DNA of 34,677 nucleotides from an uncultured Neisseria sp. (lineage in GTDB: Bacteria > Pseudomonadota > Gammaproteobacteria > Burkholderiales > UBA11063): assembly GCA_964481375.1 (NCBI GenBank), contig CAYZUJ010000006.1:415-35091 (forward strand), written 5' to 3'. This document shows, piece by piece, positions 25,960-34,677 of this stretch (position 1 is its first letter; each line of letters opens with the position of its first letter). Below the pieces are notes generated by a model. That model was not told the origin of the DNA. It searched no databases and saw only the letters and a program-made list of their open reading frames with translations. Position numbers and translations under genes: made by a program.

Positions 25960-27459
25960 ATGTTTTCTAATGATGGCATTATAAAAAATAAAACACTTAC
26001 CCAGATAATTAATAAGCTGGGTGATTTGCTATTTAAACATGATTTAATTATTGATAGTAGGAAAGTGACAAAAGGGAGCATATTTTGTGCATATCCAGGT
26101 GCAAATTCTGATGGTAGAGATTATATTGAAGCTGCAATTAAAAATAATGCAGCTTTTATATTATGGGAAAGTGAAAAATATGAGTTTAAATTTAATATTC
26201 CGAATCTTTCTGTAAAAAACTTAAAATATTATGTAGGTATTTTAGCTGCTATTGCGATGAAAAATCCAACTAATAAATTTAAAATGTTAGGGGTAACAGG
26301 AACGAATGGAAAAACATCAATTACTTATTGGTTAAATCAAGCATATATGCTATTATCAAAAAAATCTGCAATAATTGGGACAACTGGAGCTGGGATTTAT
26401 CCAAATATAAAGGATTATGCAATGACTACCCCAGATCCAATTACGCTACAAAAGCTATTAGCTGAGTTTGCAAAAAAGAAGTGTGAAATAGTGGCTATGG
26501 AAGTATCTTCTCATGCATTAGATCAGGGGAGAGTAAATGGTGTAAATTTTAATACAGCTATTTTTACTAATTTAACACAAGACCATTTAGATTATCATAA
26601 AACGATGAGTAATTATTTTCAAGCAAAAAGAAAATTATTTTTTTGGAATGATCTACTTAATGCAGTAATAAATATTGATGATAAATATGGTAAAAAATTA
26701 TATACTGAATTATCTAAACAAAATAAAATTAAAGTAATTAGTTATGGTATTGAGGAAAATTTTACGCAAAAAAATAATAAAAAAGTTTTAGCTACAAATA
26801 TAAAATTAGGCATGCATGGGACATCATTTCGCTTATGTTATGCGGGTGAATATAGAGATGTTATAGTAAAATTGATTGGTAAATTTAATATATATAATTT
26901 ATTAGCTGTTATTGGTACTCTTATTCTTGATGGTTATTCATTAGATAATATAGCTGATATACTGCCTAAATTAAAGCCAGTTTTTGGGCGAATGGATGCA
27001 ATTTTTACTCCTAATAAGCCTTTAATTATTATCGATTATGCACATACTCCAGATGCTTTAAAAAATGCATTATCAACTCTACAGCAAGTTGAATTACGGG
27101 GAGAATTATATTGCATTTTCGGTTGTGGCGGTAATAGAGATGTTAAAAAGCGGCCTTTGATGGGAGAAATTGCTACAAAATTTGCTGATCATGTAATCAT
27201 TACTAGTGATAATCCAAGAAATGAGGATCCTAATGCAATTATTAAGCAGATTCAAGCAGGAATTATACAAAAGAAAAAGTATTTAGTAATAGCCAATAGA
27301 CATTTAGCAATTACAAAAACAATAAAAAAGGCATCAGCAAATGATATAATATTAATTGCAGGTAAAGGGCATGAAACTTATCAAGAAATAAAGGGGATTA
27401 AGCACCATTTTTCTGATTATGAAGTTGCACAAGAGTTTTTAAATAAAGTAGGGGGATAA
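25960..27459 (+). CDS. murE: UDP-MurNAc-tripeptide synthetase (mDAP type)
   Basis: GVTGTNGKTS, TTPD, MEVSSH, NLTQDHLDYH, DYAHTPD, DNPR, AGKGHE. Confidence 0.98.
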   Translation: MFSNDGIIKNKTLTQIINKLGDLLFKHDLIIDSRKVTKGSIFCAYPGANSDGRDYIEAAIKNNAAFILWESEKYEFKFNIPNLSVKNLKYYVGILAAIAMKNPTNKFKMLGVTGTNGKTSITYWLNQAYMLLSKKSAIIGTTGAGIYPNIKDYAMTTPDPITLQKLLAEFAKKKCEIVAMEVSSHALDQGRVNGVNFNTAIFTNLTQDHLDYHKTMSNYFQAKRKLFFWNDLLNAVINIDDKYGKKLYTELSKQNKIKVISYGIEENFTQKNNKKVLATNIKLGMHGTSFRLCYAGEYRDVIVKLIGKFNIYNLLAVIGTLILDGYSLDNIADILPKLKPVFGRMDAIFTPNKPLIIIDYAHTPDALKNALSTLQQVELRGELYCIFGCGGNRDVKKRPLMGEIATKFADHVIITSDNPRNEDPNAIIKQIQAGIIQKKKYLVIANRHLAITKTIKKASANDIILIAGKGHETYQEIKGIKHHFSDYEVAQEFLNKVGG

Positions 27460-28824
27460 ATGATTGAATTATCATTAGAATATATAGCTAGAATGTGTAA
27501 AGGCAAGCTATCAGCAAATGCAAACCCACAGCAATTAATAAATGATGTAGTAATAGATAGTCGTAAAATCAACTCTAATGCTTCTGTATTATTTGTTGCA
27601 ATTATTGGTGAGAATCAAGACGGACATTCATTTGTAGATTCGGCTCATAAAAAAGGGTGTTGTGCTTTTATAGTTAATGAAAAATTTAGTTTAGACATAC
27701 CTAATTTAATTTATGTTAAAGATACTACTCTTGCACTAGGAGAATTAGCACATTATTATAGACTAATTTTTGATATTCCAGTTATTGCAATTACTGGTAG
27801 TAATGGTAAAACTACAGTAAAAGAAATGCTAAAAAGCATTTGTATTGAAGAATTTGGTGAAAAACATGTATTAGCTACAGAAGGTAATTTAAATAATCAC
27901 TGGGGAGTGCCATTAACATTATTGAAATTATCAAGAGAGCATAAAGTTGCAATTATAGAAATGGGAATGAATCATAGTGGTGAGATGTATTATTTATCAC
28001 ACATTGCTATGCCCACAATTGCTGCTATAAATAATGTTATGTTAGCACATATTGGTTTTTTTTCAAGTTTATTGGGTATTGCTCAAGCAAAAGGTGAAAT
28101 TTTTCATGGATTAATGGCAAATGGTGTTATGTGTATAAACTTGCAAAGTGATTATGCAGCAATGTGGATAAAAGATTTGAATTATAGAAATTTAGAAATT
28201 TTGACTTATGGTAAAGAAGGCTCAGATTGCTATATAGAATCAATAGGGAAAGAAGATGAATTAATTATATCTAGTATTAAAGGAACAATTATTACTAAAT
28301 TACAGGTTTTAGGAAAACATAATCAAATGAATGCACTTACAGCATCAATACTAGCCTTGGGGATTGATTGTAGCGTAAATAATATTTCTCTAGGTTTAGC
28401 TAATTTTAAAGGATATAAAGGAAGGCTTGAAAGAAAAACTGCCTTTAATGGAGCAATAATTATAGATGATAGTTATAATGCTAATCCCGATTCTGTAAAA
28501 GCTGCCATTTTAGCAATTGAAAAACTACAAAACCCACATTGGTTTATATTAGGAAATTTAGGAGAATCAGGAGAATTTAGTAATGAATTGCATAAAGAAG
28601 TAGGGCGGTTTGCACTAGAGAATGGAGTTGATTTTTTATTAACTGTTGGTGATTTAGCAAAAATTGCTGGAGAGTGTTTTGGAAATAAGCATATACATTT
28701 TGATTCTTCTATTGATATAGTAAAATATTGTAGAGATTTTTTGCCTAAAAATGCAACTTTATTAGTAAAAGGTTCTAATGCAAATAAACTAAATGAAGTT
28801 GTTTCTCAGTTAGTAAAAGATTAG
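27460..28824 (+). CDS. murF: UDP-MurNAc-tripeptide:D-Ala-D-Ala ligase
   Basis: DSR, DGH, ITGSNGKTTVKEM, GNLNNHWGVP.T, EMGMNH, DDSYNANP. Confidence 0.97.
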   Translation: MIELSLEYIARMCKGKLSANANPQQLINDVVIDSRKINSNASVLFVAIIGENQDGHSFVDSAHKKGCCAFIVNEKFSLDIPNLIYVKDTTLALGELAHYYRLIFDIPVIAITGSNGKTTVKEMLKSICIEEFGEKHVLATEGNLNNHWGVPLTLLKLSREHKVAIIEMGMNHSGEMYYLSHIAMPTIAAINNVMLAHIGFFSSLLGIAQAKGEIFHGLMANGVMCINLQSDYAAMWIKDLNYRNLEILTYGKEGSDCYIESIGKEDELIISSIKGTIITKLQVLGKHNQMNALTASILALGIDCSVNNISLGLANFKGYKGRLERKTAFNGAIIIDDSYNANPDSVKAAILAIEKLQNPHWFILGNLGESGEFSNELHKEVGRFALENGVDFLLTVGDLAKIAGECFGNKHIHFDSSIDIVKYCRDFLPKNATLLVKGSNANKLNEVVSQLVKD

Positions 28825-28867
28825 AGTAAACTATTCAAATAAAATAATAATTTAAAGGAATAACTTT

Positions 28868-29953
28868 ATGTTATTGATATTAACCCATTATCTAGCAAAG
28901 TATGTAAATGGTTTTCGAGTATTTGATTACGTTACGTTTCGTGCATTATTAGCATGTTTATTTTCTTTATTGATTTCTATAGTTATGGGTAACAAAGTTA
29001 TTAATTGGTTAATTACTCTTAAAGTAGGACAAAGTGTAAGAGAAGATGGTCCTGAGGCACACTTAGTTAAAACAGGAACTCCGACAATGGGAGGGGTATT
29101 AATCATTTTGACTATTATCATAACCAACTTATTATTTTCTGATCTTAGCAATTTATTTATATGGTTATTGCTATTTATTTTAATTGCTACAGGAGCTATT
29201 GGTTTTGTAGATGATTATAAAAAGGTTGTATTTAAAAATTCTAAAGGATTATCAGGAACTAAAAAACTTTTTTTTCAGTCTTTAATTGTAGTTATAGCGG
29301 TTTTATTTTTAATATATTTTATAAAGCTACCAAACACAACGATGGTAGTAGTGCCATTTTTTAAATCAATTGCTTATCCATTTGGTACTTTAGGTTTTCT
29401 GATTCTTACTTATTTAGTAATAGTTGGCAGTTCTAATGCAGTTAACCTAACAGACGGTTTAGATGGTTTAGTTTCATTTCCCGTAATTACAGCATCAATT
29501 GGTTTAGGGATATTTGCTTATATTGCAGGAAATAAAGTATTTTCTAGTCATTTGTTATTACCGCATATTCCTCGGGCTCATGAAATTGTAGTATTTTGTG
29601 GCAGTATGGTTGGTTCTTGCTTAGGCTTTTTGTGGTTTAATGCATATCCTGCTCGTGTATTTATGGGGGATGTAGGTGCATTAGCAATTGGAGCTGTTTT
29701 GGGTGCAATTGCTATAATAGTGAGGCAAGAGATTGTTTTTGCTGTAATGGGTGGATTATTTCTTTTTGAAGCTATCTCAGTAATGCTACAAGTTGCCTCT
29801 TTTAAGTTAAGAAAAAAAAGAATTTTTCTAATGGCACCTGTGCATCATCACTTTGAACTAAAGGGCTGGAAAGAAAACCAAGTTGTAGTTCGTTTCTGGA
29901 TTATTAGTATTATTTTATTATTACTTAGTTTATCAACTATAAAATTAAGATAA
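28868..29953 (+). CDS. mraY: Phospho-MurNAc-pentapeptide transferase
   Basis: KTGTPTMGG, DDY.K, NAVNLTDGLDGL, FMGDVG, MAPVHHHFE. Confidence 0.99.
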   Translation: MLLILTHYLAKYVNGFRVFDYVTFRALLACLFSLLISIVMGNKVINWLITLKVGQSVREDGPEAHLVKTGTPTMGGVLIILTIIITNLLFSDLSNLFIWLLLFILIATGAIGFVDDYKKVVFKNSKGLSGTKKLFFQSLIVVIAVLFLIYFIKLPNTTMVVVPFFKSIAYPFGTLGFLILTYLVIVGSSNAVNLTDGLDGLVSFPVITASIGLGIFAYIAGNKVFSSHLLLPHIPRAHEIVVFCGSMVGSCLGFLWFNAYPARVFMGDVGALAIGAVLGAIAIIVRQEIVFAVMGGLFLFEAISVMLQVASFKLRKKRIFLMAPVHHHFELKGWKENQVVVRFWIISIILLLLSLSTIKLR

Positions 29954-29975
29954 AAAATATGATGAAAGTTTTAAA

Positions 29976-31376
29976 ATGGTAAAAGAAATAAACAGTGATG
30001 CAAAAGATTTAATTTCCCATTTTCAAGATTATAATTTTGCTGTTATAGGTCTTGGGGAAACTGGTATATCTATCATTAATTATTTAATTTATAAAAAGGC
30101 TAAATTATTAAAAATCTTTGATACGAGAAAAAATCCACCTCATCAAGAAGTGATCAAAAATTTATCAGCTTTCCAGCTTCATTTTGGTAATTTAAATTAT
30201 AAATTATTTGATGATATAGATGTAATTGTAATTAGTCCAGGTATATCTATTTATGAACCCGTTATACAGAAAGCAGTGCATAGTGGTAAATTGGTAATTG
30301 GTGATATTGAATTATTTGCACTTGAAACTAAAAATTGGAAAAGTAAAAAAATTGCAATTACTGGTAGTAATGGCAAAACTACCGTTACAACTTTAAGTGG
30401 CTATATTGCTCGAGCATTAGGAATAAATACACTGGTTGCAGGCAATATTGGTGAACCAGTATTAGATAGTTATTTAAAGATTGTACAAAATAAAGAACAG
30501 CAACCAAGCTTAATTGTTCTTGAATTATCCAGTTTTCAATTAGAAAGCACTTATAGTTTAATGTTAGATAGTGCTACAGTTTTAAATATTTCTGAAGATC
30601 ACTTAGATAGGTATAGGGACTTATTGGAATATGCTTATGCCAAATCAAATATTTTTAATAATTGTAAAAGCCAAGTATTAAATGCTAATGATGTATTTAC
30701 TTTAGCAATGAAAAGAAGTAAGCAAGAACAGATATATTTTGGTATTGAAAATTGTGAATTTTGTTTAAAAATAGTTGAAAAAGAAATGTATTTACAAATT
30801 GGATCTAAACCATTTTTGAAAGTTAAAGATTTACAATTAATGGGACAGCATAATTATCTAAATTGTTTAGCTTCCTTAGCTTTGCTTCAAGCAGCTGGAA
30901 TCAAAGTTGAAGATAATAAAGTAAAAGCCGCGCTAAGTAATTTTAAAGGTATAGAACATCGTATGCAAAAAGTTCTAGAGCATAATGAAATAATTTTTAT
31001 TGAAGACTCCAAAGGAACTAACGTTGGTGCTGTTGTTGCAGGGGTTAGTGGCCTAGATATGCCAATCCATTTGATTTTAGGTGGAGATGGCAAAGGTCAA
31101 GATTTTGCACCATTGCGAGACTTAGTTTTAAAAAAATGTAAATCAGTTGCTATTATTGGTCAAGATAAAAAAATTATTAATAAGGTCTTACAAGAATTAT
31201 CAATTCCCGTACAATGTTTTAATTTATTGCAAGAAGCAGTAAAGTTTAGTATTAGTAATGCTAAAGCGGGGGAAGCAGTAGTTTTATCTCCAGCTTGTGC
31301 TTCTTGGGATATGTTTTCAAATTATAAAGAGCGTGCACAAGTATTTATAGATAGCATTTATGAAAATATTAAATAG
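29976..31376 (+). CDS. murD: UDP-MurNAc-L-Ala:D-Glu ligase
   Basis: GLGETG, ISPG, ITGSNGKTTVT, GNIG, ELSSFQL, DHLDRY, DSKGTN, LSPACAS.DMF. Confidence 0.98.
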   Translation: MVKEINSDAKDLISHFQDYNFAVIGLGETGISIINYLIYKKAKLLKIFDTRKNPPHQEVIKNLSAFQLHFGNLNYKLFDDIDVIVISPGISIYEPVIQKAVHSGKLVIGDIELFALETKNWKSKKIAITGSNGKTTVTTLSGYIARALGINTLVAGNIGEPVLDSYLKIVQNKEQQPSLIVLELSSFQLESTYSLMLDSATVLNISEDHLDRYRDLLEYAYAKSNIFNNCKSQVLNANDVFTLAMKRSKQEQIYFGIENCEFCLKIVEKEMYLQIGSKPFLKVKDLQLMGQHNYLNCLASLALLQAAGIKVEDNKVKAALSNFKGIEHRMQKVLEHNEIIFIEDSKGTNVGAVVAGVSGLDMPIHLILGGDGKGQDFAPLRDLVLKKCKSVAIIGQDKKIINKVLQELSIPVQCFNLLQEAVKFSISNAKAGEAVVLSPACASWDMFSNYKERAQVFIDSIYENIK

Positions 31377-32559
31377 ATTATTTAGATCAACAGATGATGA
31401 AAGTATTCAATTATTGGATGATAAGATTTTATTTTCAGCGATTTTATTAATAGCAATAAGTATGATTATGGTGTATTCCGCGTCAATTGCGTATGCAGCA
31501 CATGACAAGCTAATCCATAACCAGTATTATTATTTAATTCGCCATTTATTTTATATAGTAATTGGTTTAGTTGCAGGTATTATAGCTTTTATTTTACCTA
31601 CTTCATTTTGGCGTAAATATGCAACCTTTATGGCCTTAGTTATAGTTTTTTTATTAATTATAGTTTTAATACCTCATGTCGGTAATGTTGTAAATGGTTC
31701 AAGAAGATGGATTGGTGTAGGAATGCTCCATATGCAACCATCTGAATTTGCAAAACTTTGCGTGGCAATTTATTTATCTGATTATGTGTGTAATAAATAT
31801 TTAAATCTAAAACATTTTTGGACTGACTTATTTCCTGCATTAGGGGCTATTTGTGGTATTGCCTTATTGTTACTCTTAGAACCAGATATGGGTTCAGCAA
31901 CTGTTATTTTTATTATTGCACTTAGTATATTTTTTATGGCAAATATTGATAAAAAAATAATTTTTTCTTTATCAATTATGGGGTTAATTAGTTTCATTGG
32001 CTTAATAATAATAACGCCATATCGTATGCGTAGGGTATTAGGTTTTATTGATCCTTGGCAAGATGCTTTAGGTAAGGGTTATCAATTGACACATTCATTG
32101 CTAGCTGTAGGGCATGGAGGCTTATTTGGTGTGGGAGTAGGAAACAGTATTGAAAAGTTATTTTATTTACCAGAAGCACATACAGATTTTATAATGGCAA
32201 TAATTGCTGAAGAATTTGGTGCTATTGGAATTGTAACAATATTAATATTATTTTGGATTATTTTTTATCGAGGTTTTAGTATTATTGGTAGCGAAGCTAG
32301 AAAACTAGGTAATAGAAAATTTCAATCACTTCTAGCTCAAGGAATTAGTATTTGGTTATTTTCTCAAGCATTGATAAATATAGGCGTTACAATTGGTATT
32401 TTACCAACTAAAGGTTTAACTCTGCCTTTTGTTTCTTACGGAGGTAGTTCAATGCTAGTTAGCTGTATCGCTCTTGGGATATTACTTAAAATTGATTATG
32501 AAAATCGAGAAATTAATCGAGAGCTAATAACAAATTTAGAAGATAAAATTACAAATTAA
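31360..32559 (+). CDS. ftsW: SEDS peptidoglycan polymerase FtsW
   Basis: NGSRRW, QPSEFAK, EPDMG, GYQL.HS, LPEAHTDFI, PTKGLTLPFVSYGGSS. Confidence 0.97.
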   Translation: MKILNRLFRSTDDESIQLLDDKILFSAILLIAISMIMVYSASIAYAAHDKLIHNQYYYLIRHLFYIVIGLVAGIIAFILPTSFWRKYATFMALVIVFLLIIVLIPHVGNVVNGSRRWIGVGMLHMQPSEFAKLCVAIYLSDYVCNKYLNLKHFWTDLFPALGAICGIALLLLLEPDMGSATVIFIIALSIFFMANIDKKIIFSLSIMGLISFIGLIIITPYRMRRVLGFIDPWQDALGKGYQLTHSLLAVGHGGLFGVGVGNSIEKLFYLPEAHTDFIMAIIAEEFGAIGIVTILILFWIIFYRGFSIIGSEARKLGNRKFQSLLAQGISIWLFSQALINIGVTIGILPTKGLTLPFVSYGGSSMLVSCIALGILLKIDYENREINRELITNLEDKITN

Positions 32560-32562
32560 TTT

Positions 32563-32593
32563 AAAAATCCCAACTTAGGCTAAGTTGGGATTT
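32563..32593. terminator. Bidirectional terminator between convergent ftsW and typA
   Basis: AAATCCCAACTTAG (32565-32578) G CTAAGTTGGGATTT (32580-32593), perfect 14-bp inverted repeat with A/T tails on both sides. Confidence 0.85.
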
Positions 32594-32613
32594 ATTAAGG
32601 ATTTTAGAATATA

Positions 32614-34425
32614 TTAAGAATTTTTATTAGCGCGTTTTCTATCAATTTCATTAAGATGGCGCTTACGAATTCGAATACTTTTAGGTGTTATTTCAACTAA
32701 TTCATCATCATCGATAAATTCAATAGCACTCTCTAAAGTTAATTTAATAGGTGGAGTTAGTCGAACAGCTTCATCTGTTCCGGAAGCTCTAACATTAGTT
32801 AGCTTTTTTCCTTTAATTGGATTTACAACTAAGTCATTATCTCGGCTATGAATACCAATTACCATTCCTTCATATAATTTATCTCCAGGCGATACAAACA
32901 TGCGTCCTCTATCTTCTAGATTCCATAATGCATAAGCCACTGCTTCACCATTTTCTTGAGAGATTAATACGCCATTACGTCTTCCGGGAATATCTGCTTT
33001 TATAGGACCATAATCATCAAATAGATGTGCCATTAAACCAGTTCCACGAGTTAAAGTTAAAAACTCACCTTGAAAACCAATTAAACCGCGAGCAGGAATA
33101 CGGTATTCTAAACGAGCTCTTCCTTTACCATCTGAACTCATATCTACTAATTCACCACGTCTGCGACCCAATTCTTCCATAATCGAACCTTGATGTTCTT
33201 CTTCAATATCAACAGTTAGTAATTCATAAGGTTCACATTTTTCACCATTTATTGTTTTTAATACCACATGTGGTTTTGCCACTGCTAATTCAAAACCTTC
33301 ACGGCGCATATTTTCAATTAATATTGTTAAATGTAATTCACCTCTGCCTGACACTAGAAAAATATCGGAATTGTCAGTATCTTCAACTTTAAGTGCTACA
33401 TTTGTTAATAACTCTTTGTTTAATCTATCACGAATTTGTCTACTAGTGATAAATTTACCTTCTGTTCCGGCAAGCGGGGAAGTATTAACTTGAATATTCA
33501 TGCTTAAAGTTGGCTCATCAATGATAAGCATAGGTAGCGGTTCAGGTTGATTAATATCACAGATTGTAACGCCAATATTTAATTCTTCAATACCATTTAT
33601 TAAAACAATATCACCAGCTGATGCTTCTTCTACATTTATTTTATCGAGGCCACTAAAAATTTGAACTTGGTTTATTTTAGCTGTTTTTCTTAAGCCATCT
33701 ATTCCATTAGCAACTATAACTTGTTGATTTGCTCTTACTTTACCGCGACGTATTCTCCCTACACCAATTCTCCCTACAAATGTTGAATAATCAAGTGCAG
33801 CAATTTGTAATTGTAATGATCCATTTTCATCTTCATTAGGAGCTGGAATATTTTCAAGTATTGTATCAAATAAAGCATCCATATTATTTGTTATTAAATC
33901 TTTATTAGTTGTAGCAAATCCTTGCAATGCTGAAGCATAAATTATAGGAAAATCTAATTGTTCATCTGTAGCACCTAATTTATCAAATAGATCAAAAGTT
34001 TGATTAATTACCCAATCTGCCCTTGAACCAGGGCGGTCAATTTTATTTACTACAACAATTGGTTTTAAACCTAATGCTAATGCTTTTTTAGTAACAAACC
34101 TAGTTTGTGGCATAGGGCCTTCAACAGCATCAACTAAAAGAAGCACTCCATCAACCATACCAAGAACTCGTTCAACTTCTCCACCAAAATCAGCATGGCC
34201 AGGAGTATCAACAATATTTATTTTTGTACCTTTGTATTCAAGAGAGGCATTTTTTGCAAAAATAGTAATTCCGCGTTCTTTTTCTAAATCATTGCTATCC
34301 ATTACTCGTTCAGATACAACTTGATGAGCAGAAAAAGTACCTGTTTGGCGTAATAATTTATCTACCAAGGTTGTTTTACCATGGTCTACATGGGCAATGA
34401 TTGCAATATTTCTTAAATTTCTCAT
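32614..34425 (-). CDS. typA: Translational GTPase TypA/BipA
   Basis: [61 protein letters not shown]. Confidence 0.99.
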   Translation of the reverse strand: MRNLRNIAIIAHVDHGKTTLVDKLLRQTGTFSAHQVVSERVMDSNDLEKERGITIFAKNASLEYKGTKINIVDTPGHADFGGEVERVLGMVDGVLLLVDAVEGPMPQTRFVTKKALALGLKPIVVVNKIDRPGSRADWVINQTFDLFDKLGATDEQLDFPIIYASALQGFATTNKDLITNNMDALFDTILENIPAPNEDENGSLQLQIAALDYSTFVGRIGVGRIRRGKVRANQQVIVANGIDGLRKTAKINQVQIFSGLDKINVEEASAGDIVLINGIEELNIGVTICDINQPEPLPMLIIDEPTLSMNIQVNTSPLAGTEGKFITSRQIRDRLNKELLTNVALKVEDTDNSDIFLVSGRGELHLTILIENMRREGFELAVAKPHVVLKTINGEKCEPYELLTVDIEEEHQGSIMEELGRRRGELVDMSSDGKGRARLEYRIPARGLIGFQGEFLTLTRGTGLMAHLFDDYGPIKADIPGRRNGVLISQENGEAVAYALWNLEDRGRMFVSPGDKLYEGMVIGIHSRDNDLVVNPIKGKKLTNVRASGTDEAVRLTPPIKLTLESAIEFIDDDELVEITPKSIRIRKRHLNEIDRKRANKNS

Positions 34426-34504
34426 ATTAATCCATAAATTTCTTATTTTAAAAATAAGAATATCAAAACATTTTAAATGCGCTTAATTTATATATAAAGC
34501 AATT

Positions 34505-34513
34505 ATTATAACA
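34505..34513 (-). promoter_or_regulatory. Candidate extended -10 for typA
   Basis: TG-T-TATAAT on the minus strand about 80 nt upstream of the ATG; such motifs are common in AT-rich DNA. Confidence 0.4.
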
Positions 34514-34554
34514 TATTTGCTTTAATTAGATAATGGGTAACAATAATTTACAAC

Positions 34555-34677
34555 GGTGGATTCAAGGATCAAAGGAAACTATCAGTTTAAAATTTTTAGC
34601 TTTGTTGTATTGAATTCGTTGCAAATACTTATTTATAACCTCATCAGGGGTTAAATAATTTAGAGATTTTCTAGGTC
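34555..34677 (-). mobile_element. Right end of an IS30-family insertion sequence (partial; transposase 3' end, stop at 34562-34564)
   Basis: Hand translation (R)PRKSLNYLTPDEVINKYLQRIQYNKAKNFKLIVSFDP* contains the IS30 C-terminal RPRK.L...TP.E motif; the stop lies within an IR-like end GTTTCCTTTGATCCTTGAATCCACC. Confidence 0.8.

Noticed and set aside
47-33005. Short nested or antisense ORFs (47..310, 4665..4904, 5217..5426, 6275..6502, 7134..7379, 7485..7802, 10436..10627, 12945..13172, 20637..20825, 20841..21044, 22785..23018, 24255..24455, 25875..26081, 28927..29151, 30887..31093, 31658..31840, 31782..31997, 32817..33005)
   Set aside because: Shadows of well-supported genes; no recognisable motifs
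34530-34565. Hybrid promoter from the IS end TTGAAT (minus, 34560-34565) reading into typA
   Set aside because: The hexamer at 17-nt spacing is TGTTAC, not a credible -10
1-34677. CRISPR arrays, tRNA/rRNA, riboswitches, integron attC sites, Neisseria-type DNA uptake sequences
   Set aside because: None seen by eye; intergenic regions lack periodic repeats or GC-rich structured RNA, and the terminators do not contain GCCGTCTGAA. An Infernal/tRNAscan run would be needed to exclude them fully

Overview
A very AT-rich bacterial chromosome segment. Gene content and protein sequences look betaproteobacterial, Neisseriales-like (inference, no database search run). Mostly housekeeping: the end of the alpha operon (rpoA-rplQ), fabI-kdsD-kdsC-lptCAB plus a purine nucleoside phosphorylase, a dcw cluster (mraZ-rsmH-ftsL-ftsI-murE-murF-mraY-murD-ftsW) that stops at a terminator after ftsW, and typA. 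Between these lie: (i) a minus-strand run pgl-glk(frameshifted at a G5 run)-aguA-aguB-speA, followed by a lipoprotein with a catalytically dead PI-PLC-like fold and an unannotated 57-aa ORF; (ii) an accessory islet (about 9.6-12.8 kb) with a truncated BrnT-like toxin abutting an IS30-like end, a WbuC-cupin/PAS-LuxR pair, a divergent HTH-only LuxR gene and a NUDIX hydrolase; (iii) a 768-aa cysteine desulfurase + metallo-beta-lactamase/persulfide-dioxygenase-like + rhodanese fusion whose middle domain has lost most metal ligands, a divergent dihydroorotate dehydrogenase, and a secreted trypsin-like protease. The window ends inside an IS30-family transposase. The best candidates for something new are the sulfur-relay fusion with a dead dioxygenase domain, and the LuxR module, whose intergenic region shares an exact 18-bp pseudo-palindrome with the protease/mraZ intergenic region 11 kb away. 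No CRISPR array, tRNA or rRNA was seen.
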